Source: an uncultured Verrucomicrobiae bacterium (GTDB lineage Bacteria; Verrucomicrobiota; Verrucomicrobiia; Limisphaerales; JAFGQR01). From it: 64,000 bases of DNA. The notes beneath the pieces were generated by a model. The model was not told where the DNA came from. It did not search any database and saw nothing but the letters and a program-made list of their open reading frames with translations. The position numbers and the translations under genes were made by a program. The stretch covers positions 64,001 through 128,000 of the forward strand of contig CAWBHS010000078.1 in assembly GCA_963788655.1 (NCBI GenBank). The letters are read 5' to 3'. This document shows, piece by piece, positions 50,114 through 61,197 of the stretch; position 1 is the stretch's first letter, and every line of letters starts with the position of its first letter.

Positions 50114-53100
50114 ATGCCCAACCACCCATGCGCTGGACTTATTGTTTTGTTGACCTGCGTGTTGACTGCCCAAGGCGGCTTGTTGTTTAACAACGGTAGT
50201 TCCTGGAAATACTTCATTGGCACGCAGGAAGCCTCGACCCCGGATACTTCCGCCTGGCGGGCCATTGACTTCAACGACGACAACTGGTCGAGCGGAGCCG
50301 CCCCGGTGGGGTATGGCGAGCCGGATATCCAAACCGTGTTGCCCAGCAGTGCCGCGGGCAATTACTTGAGCGCCTTTTTCCGGAAGACGTTTGTGGTAGC
50401 CGACCCGGCCGACGTCTCCAGTCTCGAACTCGTGATCCGCTTTGACGATGGCATCGTGGTCTGGATCAACGGGGTCGAGATTGGCCGGGACAATGTTCCT
50501 GCCGGAAACCTGGCCTTCAATGCCACGGCCTCGACGGCGCGGGAACCGGAAGTCAGAACCATCACCGTGATCGACAACCTATCCACCCTGCTGCGGACCG
50601 GGGTGAATGTCATTGCCGTCCAAGTGTTCAATGGCAATTCCACGAGCAGCGATTTGTTGCTGGACGCCGCATTGACCAGCACGGAGCCCGATCCGATTCC
50701 CCCCACCGTCCTGAGCTTCAATCCGACGTTCGGAGTGGTCAATGACCTCTCGCAGGTCACCGTAACGTTCAGCGAGAATGTGGCCGGCGTGGATGCCGGC
50801 GATTTACGATTGAACGGTATTCCGGCCATCGCCCTCACACCAGTGGCGGACTACCGCTACCGTTTCACTTTCGAACCGCCGGCGCATGGGACCGTCACGT
50901 TGTCGTGGAACAGTGCTCATGGGATTACCGATTATGGCATCCCGCCAAATGCGTTTAATGCCATGGCCCCGGGGACAACCGGGCAATACACGTTTGTGGA
51001 TAATCTGCCGCCCTTCGTGGAAATCCTGGTTCCGCCGGCCGGCCAGACCGTACGTGATCTTTCTCAAATCGAAGCGTTCTTCAGCGAAGCCGTTACGGGC
51101 GTGGACGCCGATGATTTGCAAATCAACGGCAGCGCGGCGACCAATGTGATTCCCTTGTTGCCCAATCAGTATCTGTTCCAGTTTCCCCAACCGCCCACCG
51201 GCCTGGTGCAAGTGGCCTGGATTACTGGTCATGGAATTCAGGATCTGGCCGCTCCCGCCAACGCCTTCGCGGGCGGCAATTGGATTTACACCTTGGATCC
51301 CAAGGCCGCACCGGAAGTGGTGCTGATCACAGAATTTTCCGCCACCGGAAATACCACCCTCCCGGATGAAGACGGGGAGTATCCGGATTGGATCGAGATC
51401 CACAATGCCGGCAATGTCAGCGTGAATTTGAACGGTTGGTATCTCACCGATGACGACCATGATTTGACGCAATGGCGTTTTCCCGCAACGACCCTGAATC
51501 CGGGCGCGTACCTCGTGGTCTTCGCTTCCGGCAAAGATCGCACGGTCAGCGGCCGGGAACTTCACACGAATTTCCAACTCGATGGCAATGGCGAGTATCT
51601 GGCGTTGGTCCGCCCGGACGGCCGCACGATTGCTCACGACTTTGAGCCCGCCTATCCGGCCCAGCTCTCCGGGCTTTCGTATGGCGTAACGTTTCAGGTG
51701 CAAACCAACACCCTGCTGACCAGCGGTAACGCGGCCAATTGGCACGTGCCAATTTCCGCGGACGATCTGCCGGCCAACTGGACGGCGCCGGACTTTGACG
51801 ATGCGGCCTGGGACCACGGTCAATCCGGCATCGGCTTCTACCGGGGCAGTCCCATCAACAACTACGCATCCCTCATCGCAACCGACCTGGAGTCGCCGAT
51901 GTTTGGTGTCAATGCTTCGGCGTTTATCCGCCTGCCGTTCTATTTTAATGCCGAGGAAACGCCGGTCATCGATGAACTCACGCTGCGGATCAAGTATGAC
52001 GACGGCTTCATCGCTTACTTGAACGGCGTGGAGGTCGCGCGCCGTAACGCTCCCGCGGTGGCTTCCTGGAACGCGGCGGCTACGGCCGAACATGCCTCCC
52101 TGCCAGCGGTGCAATTCGAAGACCTCGACATCACCCCGTTGGTGGGCCTGGTTCGCAATGGGCCAAACGTCCTGAGCCTTCACGGTCTGAACCTGGCTGC
52201 CAGCGACGATGATTTCCTGATGCTGCCGGAATTGGTGGCGCGCGCGGTGGATGTGACACAATACCGTTACTTCCCCAGTGCCTCCCCCGGCGCCGCCAAT
52301 GTAAATTCCTTCCTCGGTTTGGTGGCGGACACCAAGTTCAATCCGGATCGCGGGTTTTACGATACCCCGATGTTGGTGACGGTTTCCAACGCCACTCCCG
52401 GAGTGGAAATTCGTTACACGCTCGACGGCACCCTGCCGACGGAGACACACGGCAGCCTTTACACCGGCGCCATACCGGTCAATCGAACCACGACCTTGCG
52501 CGCCGCGGCTTTCAAGCCGGGCTGGAAGCCGTCCAACGTTGATAGCCATACCTACATTTTCCTGAAAGACGTGGTGCAGCAGACGCAAGCCACGACGCTG
52601 GCGGCAGGCTTTCCGTCCACCTGGGGCGGCACGTCACCGGATTACGGGCTCGACCCGGATGTGGTCGGCCAGGGTAATGACCGGTATGATGGCAAATACA
52701 CCGCCTCAATCAGCAATGACCTGCGCAGCATCCCCACGATGTCCATTGTGATGAACATCGATGACATGTTTGGCGCGAATGGGATTTACACCCATTCGAC
52801 CTCGAGCGGCGTGGCCTGGGAGCGGCCGGCTTCGGTGGAGTTTATTTATCCGGACGGCACGAAAGGTTTCCAGGAGAACTGCGGCATTCGCACCCAGGGA
52901 GGCGCCTTCCGCAATCACAGCTTGACCCTCAAGCACTCCTTGCGGCTCTTGTTCAAGAACATCTATGGCACTTCGAAACTGAACTTCCCGTTGTTCGGGA
53001 ACGACGCCAGTGACAGCCTGGACAGTGTCGTGTTGCGCGCCAACTCGAACGACGGCTGGCAATGGGATGCGGCGGGGTCGAGGCCGCTATATATCCGGGA

Positions 53101-56100
53101 TTCGTTTGCGCGGCACACCATGCTGGACTTTGGTTCAGTCGCGTCCGGCGACACGTTTGTTCATCTTTACATCAATGGGGTGTATTGGGGCCTCTACAAT
53201 CCGGTGGAGCGCCCGGACCATTCGTTCTCCGCCACCTACTACGGCGGGGCCAAGGAGAATTGGGACTTCATCAACACTGGCGGGGCCAACAACGGCGATT
53301 TGAACGCCTGGAACACGATGCTCAACCTGGCCAACCAAGGTCTAGCTTCGACGGCCAGCTATGAGCGCATCCAAGGCAACAATCCCGACGGCACCCCTAA
53401 TCCGGCGTATCCCAACTACCTCGACGTGGACAGCATGATCGATTACATGGTCGTGAACCTTTATGGGGGCAATACCGATTGGCCGCACAACAATTGGGTG
53501 GTGGGACGCGACCGCACCGATGCCAGCACGGGATTCAAATTCTATCTGTGGGACACGGAATGGATCATGGACCTCAATTCCAGTCTGAATCAGGATCTCA
53601 CGGGTGCGAGCGCCGGAGTGGCCCAACCGTATGCTGCGTGCCGGAACAATGCGGAATTTCGCCTGCACTTTGCTGACCGCTTACACCGGTGGTTCTTCAA
53701 CAGGGGCCCGCTTTATGTTGATCCGGAACATCCGCAATGGGATCCCGCATTTCCCGAACACAACCAGCCGGCGGCGCGTTTCAACCTGCTGGCAGACTTT
53801 ATTGATCGCGCGATTGTGGCTGAGTCCGCGCGTTGGGGTGACCAGCACGCCGCGACTCCCTACACCCGGGATGAACATTGGGAACAGGAGCGCGAGTATT
53901 TATTGAACAACTATTTTCCCTACCGATCCGCGATTGTCCTGAACCAGTTTCGCAACGCCGGATTGTATCCCGCCGAAGCCGCGCCAGAATTTAATCAACC
54001 GGGCGGCACCGTGCCCGCCGGTTTCCAGTTGGAAATGACGCACACCAATGCCAGCGGGACGATCTATTTCACCCTGGACGGTTCCGATCCGCGCCTGGCA
54101 GGCGGTGCGCTGGCACCTTCCGCAGTACCCTACAGCGGGCCACTGACGATTGACGGGAACGTGCATGTGCGCGCGCGTACTCGAGTGGGCTCAAACTGGA
54201 GCGCGCTGTGCGAAGCCACGTTCAGCACCGGACACGACTTCGAGGGACTGGTCGTTACCGAGCTGATGTACAATCCACCCAACGTCGGCCCGGTGGACGG
54301 CGATGAATACGAGTTCCTGGAGTTGAAGAACGTTGGCTCCCGGCAACTGGATTTGAGCGGATTGTATTTTTCGGCGGGCATTACGTTTGCCTTTACCAAC
54401 GGCACGCGCCTGGCTCCGGGGCAGTTCCTGGTGCTCGTGCGTAATCCCGAGCAGTTCCAGGCCAAGTATCCCGGCGTCGCCTTACAGGGCGTTTACAGCG
54501 GCCGGTTGGATAACGGTGGCGAAAAGCTGCGCTTGTCCCACAGCATCGCCGGAGACGTGCTCTCGTTGACGTACAACGACAAACTGCCGTGGGCGATGAC
54601 TCCGGATGGGCACGGCTTTTCGCTGGTCCCCGTCGCTCCCAACGTCACGTCGAACCTCGACCAGCCGTCCCATTGGCGCGCCAGCGCCGCGATCGGCGGC
54701 TCGCCCGGAGCCGATGATCCCGCGCCCGGTATTGCGGGAATTGTCATCAACGAAATCATGACGCATCCCACTGCCGGCTTGGATTTCATCGAGCTGTTCA
54801 ATCCCACTGCCAGCCCCGTGGACCTGACGGGTTGGTATCTGTCGGACGATGCCCGTTTTCCAATGAAATATCGAATTCCGGACGACACGTGGATTGAGGG
54901 CGGCGCCTTCGTGGTGTTCGATGAAACCGAATTCAATCCCGCTCCGGGCATTGATCCCAGCTTCTCGCTGAGTTCGGCCGGCGAAGAGGTGCATTTGTTT
55001 TCGGGCAATGCCGGCGGCGAATTGACGGGTTACGATCACGGATTCGAATTTGGCGCGGCGTTGCCGGATGTTTCCTTCGGACGCTACGTGAATCGTGCCG
55101 GCGAAGAAAAATTTCCCGCGCAGCTTGGCCCCACACCCCGGGAGGCGAATGCTGGACCGCGTATTGGTCCCGTGGTCATCAGCGAAATTATGTATCGTCC
55201 GCCGGACTTGCTCACCGGCGACAACAGTCGGGACGAGTTTGTTGAGTTGCTCAACATTTCCTCCGCTCCAGTCGCATTGTTTGATCCGTTGACGCCCACC
55301 AACACTTGGCGGCTGGCGGGCGGCGTGGACTATGACTTTCCGACCAACCGCACCCTGGCGCCCGGCGAATACTTGCTGCTGGTGAATTTTGATCCGCTGT
55401 TGGAGCCGACGGTGTTGACTGCCTTTCGGGCGCAATATGGGGTTGCTTTCAACGTGCAGATCTTCGGATCGTATGCCGGCAAGCTCGATAATTCCGGGGA
55501 AACCGTCTCGCTGAAATTACCCACGCGATTGGTCACGGGAGAAGTGGTTTACGCGGTGGTGGATCAAGTGGCGTATCGCGACTCCGATCCCTGGCCGAGC
55601 GGCGCCGATGGCTATGGCCTGTCCCTGCAACGACTCGATCCGGCAGCGTACGGGGACGATCCGCTCAACTGGGCAGCCTCAATTCCGACCGCCGCGTCGC
55701 CGACGGTGTTGGCCGGCGATTCCCCGATCATCACTGGTCAGCCGCCGAGCCAAGTGACCCCCAACGGCGATGACGTGGAACTGGCCGTCACCGCAACCGG
55801 CAGTCCACCGTTACGCTACCAATGGCGCGCTAACGGTGACACTCTCCCGGGAGAAACCAATTCGGCGCTGCACCTCCACAATGTCCAACAATCCCAAGCC
55901 GGCGATTATCGCGTGCTGGTTTACAACTATGCGGGATCCATCCTCAGCGCCCCGGCCATCCTTACGGTGTTGCGGCCGCCGCAAATTATTGCCCACCCCG
56001 TGCCGGGCACCACGGCCTGGCCAGGCACCAATGTCAGTTTTACCGTGGTCGCCAGCAGTCCAAATTTCATCACCTATCAATGGCGTCATAACGGGACGGA

Positions 56101-56890
56101 CCTTCCGGGCGCCACCCATGCGACCCTCGACCTGACCGACGTTCAATGGGCCGATGATGGGGCCTACACCGCGGCGGTGAGCGATAGCGGTGGCACGGTG
56201 ATCAGTGAACCAGCGATGCTTTATGTGCTGATCAAACCGGTAATTGTGCAACCGCCGCTGACCCAAACGGTGGTCGAAGGCGGGAACGTGACGTTCAGTG
56301 CTTCGATCTCCGGCAATCCGCCACCGTACCTCTTCCAATGGCGTTATGGTTCTCGCATCCTGACCAATTTCATTCTGAATGGAACCACCTGTTTCTTCAC
56401 GTTGACCAATGTCCAACCTGACCAGGACGACACGTTCTATCGCCTCGCCATTACCAATGCGGCGTCGTCGGCCATCACCGGCGTCCATTACGAGTGGAAC
56501 CTGACCGTCCTGCCGGACGCCGATCATGACGGGTTGCCGGATGCGTTTGAAGCCGCCCAGGGGCATCCCGACAATTCCATGGTGGGCGAGCAGGACGACG
56601 ATGGTGATGGGATGACCAACCGGGAGGAATACCAGGCGGGCACGGACGGGCAGGATCCGGACAGTTACCTCCGGGTTGAGCCGCCCGCCACCACCGGCTC
56701 GGCCACGCTGAGTTTTGGCGCCGTGTCCAATCGCACCTACAGCGTGGAATACACGGACTCTTTGACGGGCGGTGCGTGGGTAAAGCTGGAGGACATTTCC
56801 GCCGCCACCTCCAACCACGTGGCGCATGTGTCCGACCCGGCTACCGTTCCCAACCGTTACTATCGCGTGGTCACACCCCGACAACCCTGA
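50114..56890 (+). CDS. giant secreted lamin-tail-domain / CotH-kinase / Ig-domain protein (2258 aa)
   Basis: Intact ORF: LTD repeats, chitobiase-like IRYTLDG domains, CotH core (WERPASVE, YINGVYWGLY, NTDWPHNNW, WDTE), three Ig domains, DxDxDG tail. Confidence 0.88.
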   Translation: MPNHPCAGLIVLLTCVLTAQGGLLFNNGSSWKYFIGTQEASTPDTSAWRAIDFNDDNWSSGAAPVGYGEPDIQTVLPSSAAGNYLSAFFRKTFVVADPADVSSLELVIRFDDGIVVWINGVEIGRDNVPAGNLAFNATASTAREPEVRTITVIDNLSTLLRTGVNVIAVQVFNGNSTSSDLLLDAALTSTEPDPIPPTVLSFNPTFGVVNDLSQVTVTFSENVAGVDAGDLRLNGIPAIALTPVADYRYRFTFEPPAHGTVTLSWNSAHGITDYGIPPNAFNAMAPGTTGQYTFVDNLPPFVEILVPPAGQTVRDLSQIEAFFSEAVTGVDADDLQINGSAATNVIPLLPNQYLFQFPQPPTGLVQVAWITGHGIQDLAAPANAFAGGNWIYTLDPKAAPEVVLITEFSATGNTTLPDEDGEYPDWIEIHNAGNVSVNLNGWYLTDDDHDLTQWRFPATTLNPGAYLVVFASGKDRTVSGRELHTNFQLDGNGEYLALVRPDGRTIAHDFEPAYPAQLSGLSYGVTFQVQTNTLLTSGNAANWHVPISADDLPANWTAPDFDDAAWDHGQSGIGFYRGSPINNYASLIATDLESPMFGVNASAFIRLPFYFNAEETPVIDELTLRIKYDDGFIAYLNGVEVARRNAPAVASWNAAATAEHASLPAVQFEDLDITPLVGLVRNGPNVLSLHGLNLAASDDDFLMLPELVARAVDVTQYRYFPSASPGAANVNSFLGLVADTKFNPDRGFYDTPMLVTVSNATPGVEIRYTLDGTLPTETHGSLYTGAIPVNRTTTLRAAAFKPGWKPSNVDSHTYIFLKDVVQQTQATTLAAGFPSTWGGTSPDYGLDPDVVGQGNDRYDGKYTASISNDLRSIPTMSIVMNIDDMFGANGIYTHSTSSGVAWERPASVEFIYPDGTKGFQENCGIRTQGGAFRNHSLTLKHSLRLLFKNIYGTSKLNFPLFGNDASDSLDSVVLRANSNDGWQWDAAGSRPLYIRDSFARHTMLDFGSVASGDTFVHLYINGVYWGLYNPVERPDHSFSATYYGGAKENWDFINTGGANNGDLNAWNTMLNLANQGLASTASYERIQGNNPDGTPNPAYPNYLDVDSMIDYMVVNLYGGNTDWPHNNWVVGRDRTDASTGFKFYLWDTEWIMDLNSSLNQDLTGASAGVAQPYAACRNNAEFRLHFADRLHRWFFNRGPLYVDPEHPQWDPAFPEHNQPAARFNLLADFIDRAIVAESARWGDQHAATPYTRDEHWEQEREYLLNNYFPYRSAIVLNQFRNAGLYPAEAAPEFNQPGGTVPAGFQLEMTHTNASGTIYFTLDGSDPRLAGGALAPSAVPYSGPLTIDGNVHVRARTRVGSNWSALCEATFSTGHDFEGLVVTELMYNPPNVGPVDGDEYEFLELKNVGSRQLDLSGLYFSAGITFAFTNGTRLAPGQFLVLVRNPEQFQAKYPGVALQGVYSGRLDNGGEKLRLSHSIAGDVLSLTYNDKLPWAMTPDGHGFSLVPVAPNVTSNLDQPSHWRASAAIGGSPGADDPAPGIAGIVINEIMTHPTAGLDFIELFNPTASPVDLTGWYLSDDARFPMKYRIPDDTWIEGGAFVVFDETEFNPAPGIDPSFSLSSAGEEVHLFSGNAGGELTGYDHGFEFGAALPDVSFGRYVNRAGEEKFPAQLGPTPREANAGPRIGPVVISEIMYRPPDLLTGDNSRDEFVELLNISSAPVALFDPLTPTNTWRLAGGVDYDFPTNRTLAPGEYLLLVNFDPLLEPTVLTAFRAQYGVAFNVQIFGSYAGKLDNSGETVSLKLPTRLVTGEVVYAVVDQVAYRDSDPWPSGADGYGLSLQRLDPAAYGDDPLNWAASIPTAASPTVLAGDSPIITGQPPSQVTPNGDDVELAVTATGSPPLRYQWRANGDTLPGETNSALHLHNVQQSQAGDYRVLVYNYAGSILSAPAILTVLRPPQIIAHPVPGTTAWPGTNVSFTVVASSPNFITYQWRHNGTDLPGATHATLDLTDVQWADDGAYTAAVSDSGGTVISEPAMLYVLIKPVIVQPPLTQTVVEGGNVTFSASISGNPPPYLFQWRYGSRILTNFILNGTTCFFTLTNVQPDQDDTFYRLAITNAASSAITGVHYEWNLTVLPDADHDGLPDAFEAAQGHPDNSMVGEQDDDGDGMTNREEYQAGTDGQDPDSYLRVEPPATTGSATLSFGAVSNRTYSVEYTDSLTGGAWVKLEDISAATSNHVAHVSDPATVPNRYYRVVTPRQP

Positions 56891-56949
56891 TGACTCGGTA
56901 ATTCAGAATACTGCCATCACAGAGGCCGAACAACTGATCATAGTGTACT

Positions 56950-59900
56950 TCATGGCAGGTTCACCTCGATGCGGTAGTATTGTGCTGCACCCTCTTCGAC
57001 ATCACTCAAGGTCAATACCCCCCCGTTACCGGGGATGGCTTCCTGGCCGGGAACAACTGTCCAGTTTGGGGGCTGAAGCGTCGTGGTGCGCAGCAGAGTG
57101 TAGGTGCGGTGGATTGAACTGGGGAAGGAGATCATTGCTGGGGAATGCTTGGTGATAGATACAATCTGGAAACGGGAGTCAGCATTAGTCGGATCGGTGT
57201 CCGCCAGCCATTCCTCGAAGGTGTTGAACGGATCGAGGTCGGGATTGGCCCAGACCACTTGAGGATCGGCAGCATCCAGTCCGTGCCCCGTGAGCCAATC
57301 CGGAGGAATCAGCGCCTGGGCATTGAATTCATAAGCCCCCATGTCGAAAGCGGCGACGCCGTCCCCGTCGCCATCGAGCGGACGCGGGTTGCCGTCGAGG
57401 TCGGTGGTGAGGTGGGCGCTGAGATCCGTGCCGGCGTCAATGCCGGGTGAGCCGTAGCGCAGGCGGAGGTCGCTCCAGCCGTTGGTGTTCACAAAAAGCG
57501 GGGCGTTGGTGATGTTGCCGACGCCGCGGGATGGTAGCGGCGTGGCACAGGAATAGTTGTAGGTGATGGGCAAGGTGTCGTCGCCGCCGTAGTTGGCGCC
57601 ATCCGGTGCAGCATTGAAATAGGCGATGCAATAGTTCAGCGTACAGCCATACGCTCCGCCGCCATAGGTACCGTAATTGCCTGTCAGCGTGCAGTGGGAG
57701 AGGGTGGCTCCGTTGACCCCGCCGCCCCACAGAGCGGCCGAGTTGCCCGCCACTACACAGTTAAAGAGCTCGCCTTTGTACACGCCGCCACCCGACTTTG
57801 CGGCCGAGTTGCCGGTCACGGCGCAATTGAAGAGTGTGGCCAACAAGACCCCGCCGCCGGATCCTTCAGTTGAATTGTCCGTTATCGTGCAGTTGTAGTA
57901 CGTGCCATTCCGAGTCCCGCCCCCACCATCGTAAGCTGAATTAGCGATGATCAGACAGTTCGTCAAAATGGCGGATGCGTCGCACAAGGCGCCCCCACCG
58001 CCTCCCGAAGACGCGTAGCCGTTGGTCAGGGTGAATCCGCTCAACCGGGCATTCGCGCCCAGAGAAACGCAGCGAATGGAGCCGAGACCGTCAATGACCG
58101 TGAGCGCCGGTCCGTTGACACTTCGCACGGTGATCGCTTTGGCAATGGCGACCCGATTGTTCCCTGTTTCGCCCGTGGCATAAATACCATTGGTGACGAA
58201 CACGGTGTCTCCGTTGCGGGCAGCGTCCACCGCCTTCTGGATGGAATGCGCCGCGGCATCCCACGTGGCATACGGCGGCGCGGGATTGGGGCTATCCAAC
58301 CAGACGTAGAGGTTGGCAGGAACGTGGAGGGTGGTGAATGTCTGATCCGGGCCGACCGCCACCCCAACACGATTGGAGACCATTAATCGACAATGATACT
58401 CCGTGTCAGGCGACAATCCGGTGACGGGAGTTCGGACGGTGACCGTAGTCCCCATGCTGGCGAGTCGAACCGGAACAGTTCGCTGGGAATAGTCGAGGGT
58501 GGTCCCCCATTCGAACCAGACGTAGCAATCGGCGGCATTGGCGTGGGCGGTGCCATTGAGTTTGGCGCTGAACGGAGTGAGTTCCGTGGCCGGCAGGGTT
58601 TGGACCAGGGCGACCTCGGGAGTTCTAAACAAGAAGTCCTGGCTCATCGACACCATGCCCAGGGTGTTGGAGGTCACCAAGCGGTAGTGGTAGGTGGTGG
58701 CGGGGGCCAAACCGCTGATCTCGGTGCGGACGATGGCGGAAGGGTAGGTGGCATCGAGCTCGGCGGTTACCGTCTGATTTCCATAATTGGCGGTGAGGCC
58801 CCACTCAAACCAGGCCTTGGTATCCACGCCATTCGGTTCCACGGTGGCCTGCACCCGGACGCGATCCGCCGTCAACACCGTTGCCGACGGCCATCCAGCA
58901 AGGTCCTGAGGCACGAACTCATAAGCACCCATGTCCACGGTGCCGCCGAGAATGCGTGGATTGCCGTCCAGGTCGGTGCTGGAGGCAACGAAATCATTAT
59001 TCCCGGCGTCAATGCCCGGAGAATTATAGCGCAGACGGAGGTCGCTCCAGCGGTTCGTGTTTACGAAAAGCGGGGCGTTGGTGATGTTGCCCACGCCGTT
59101 CGTCGGCAGTGGGGTGCTACAGGAGTGGTCCAGACTGATGGTCTTATACGTGTCGCTGTGGTAATTTTCACCCGTTGGTGACGAGTTGAAATAAACCAGG
59201 CAGTTGTAGAAGGTTCCCCCAAATGCCCCTCCCCCGCTTTCAACGGCAGAGTTGCCGGTCAACGTGCAGTTGTAATAGATGCCCCTCCCCACGCCGCCCC
59301 CTTTGAAAGCGGAGTTCCCTTGGAACACGCAACCGACGAAGGTGGACGGGGACGATCCATTCCAAACGGCACCACCCCAACCTATGGTTTCCCCAGACAC
59401 ATCAAAAAAAGCTGCCGAGTTCCCCTTGAACGAGCAATTGGTGAATGTCGCATACGAGGTCGCATACGAGGAGTAGCTGCCGACCGCACCACCCGAAGCC
59501 GCGGAATTGCCCTCAAACGAGCAATGGCTGACGGAGGGTGACGAGGAATCCTTATTGTATAGCGCTCCACCCTCCTGCCCGGTCGAATTACTGATGAAGG
59601 AGCAGTGGGCGATGGCGGGTGAAGATTGACCAGCATTATAGATCGCACCGCCGTAGCTGGATTGGCCAGTCTCTTGGTTGCTGGCATGCCGCCGTCTTTC
59701 CGTTGCTGAGTTCCCGATAAAGGTGCAGTGAGACAACGAGGGCGAGGATCGGATCCAGTTGCACATCGCCCCACCAAAGTTGGTCGCGGAATTGCCCACA
59801 AAGAGACAGTTGGTGAAAAAGGGTGAGGTGTTCTCATGGTAGATCGCCCCGCCGCTATAATATGCTGAGTTATTACGAAACGTGCAGTTGCTGAACGAAT

Positions 59901-61156
59901 GCACAGCGGTCGGGCCAGGGAGGTTGCCCACGGCGTAAATCGCGCCGCCACGGAAGGCGGAATTACCTTCAAAGGAGCAGTCGGTGAGGGAGGGAAAGGA
60001 TCGTTCGTTCCGAATTGCGCCCCCGGATTCTTGACCGAAATTATCCAGAAAACGGCAGTTGACGAGAGTGGGCGAGGAATCGTAATTGGCGATCGCTCCA
60101 CCTCGACCTGTCCTATTGCCTTCAAAGGAGCAATTGACGAGGGTCGGAGCTGCGGACTGGCAGATCAAACCTGCTCCAGTGCCATACAGAAATACCATCA
60201 AACCATATCCGGCTGTGACAGTGAACCCATCCAGAATGGCATTCGTGCCGACGGATGCGTTTGCGGTCAGGACATGGCGGGCGTTGTCCTCGTTGTTGGT
60301 GAAATCGGGGCCATCGTTCTGAAGCAGATCGCCGGACAGAATGGTGGGGTATGCGACGTAATCACGTACGGCAAACGTGCCGTCTCCTCCGCCGGTCGGG
60401 AATCCCCCATAAAGCGCGACGCCATCGATGAGGTTGAATACGGAATCGGGGTCATCGGGCGTGGACGTTCCGCCTTCATCAGGGTAATAGGTGCCCTGGG
60501 CGACCCAGATTTCATCGCCGGAGGTGGCGACAGAAAGGGCATCCTGCAGGTTGGTGGAAGCCGTGGCCCAGGAGGCGCCGTCGTTCGGCGCCAAGCCGAA
60601 AGGATCAACGAAACGAGTGGCGGCGGCTGCCGGCCAGGCGATAAAGAGGGCGATTACTGCGGCAGCGAAAATCCGCAGTCTGAGACCCCATTGTCGAACC
60701 GTAGCAGCCGACGTGAGGAGGCTCTGAGTAAACGCGGAAGATGGCTGGATGGGGTCACAGGACCTCGGATGGAGGTAAGGCGTGGCCGCCGGGCGCGCCG
60801 CGGGTGACTGAGTCGGACGGGTCTCGGTGGTTCGTTCGGTTGGCCCGGCGGTCCAACCCTACCACAGACAGGTTGTTCAATGGGCGGGGCGTTGACAGGG
60901 CACGACCGCCGGGCGCGCCGGTAGCGAGCGGCTGGATTCGCCCCAATAATGAGCGGGTAGGGACGTGTTCCACCGCGTCCGATTTATCTCGACGGCTCGG
61001 CCGAATATCCGGAAGCGGTTGCTGAATAAATACGTGCGCGTCAGGATCTCCCTGATTTCGTATTTGGATGGGCGAACCTGCTCTGGTGAAGCATGGGACG
61101 GAGTGGAATCCGCCCCTACCGTTTAATGGCAGGCTTTGATTTCGGGTTGTTTTCAT
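56950..61156 (-). CDS. secreted right-handed beta-helix (GGA[I/L/V]/FxxN repeat, choice-of-anchor Q-like) protein with two FN3-like domains; probable start MKTTRN at 61156 with a frameshift near 60750
   Basis: ORF 56950..60594 extends upstream in frame through a signal peptide (LRLRIFAAAVIALFIAWPAAAATRFV) with no ATG before the stop at 60859; GDEIWVAQGTY, SPGIDAG...DMGAYEF. Confidence 0.75.
60699..61120. repeat. cluster of several different REP-like palindromes
   Basis: cgtagcagccgacgtgaggaggct (~60700-60723); ggtaaggcgtggccgccgggcgcgccg...cccggcggtccaaccctacc (60774-60863); ggtagggacgtgttccaccgcgtcc...gggacggagtggaatccgcccctacc (60956-61120). Confidence 0.7.
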
Positions 61157-61197
61157 GATTTTGGACATCTTGAGGTGACTTCGATTCTTTAGGGGCA

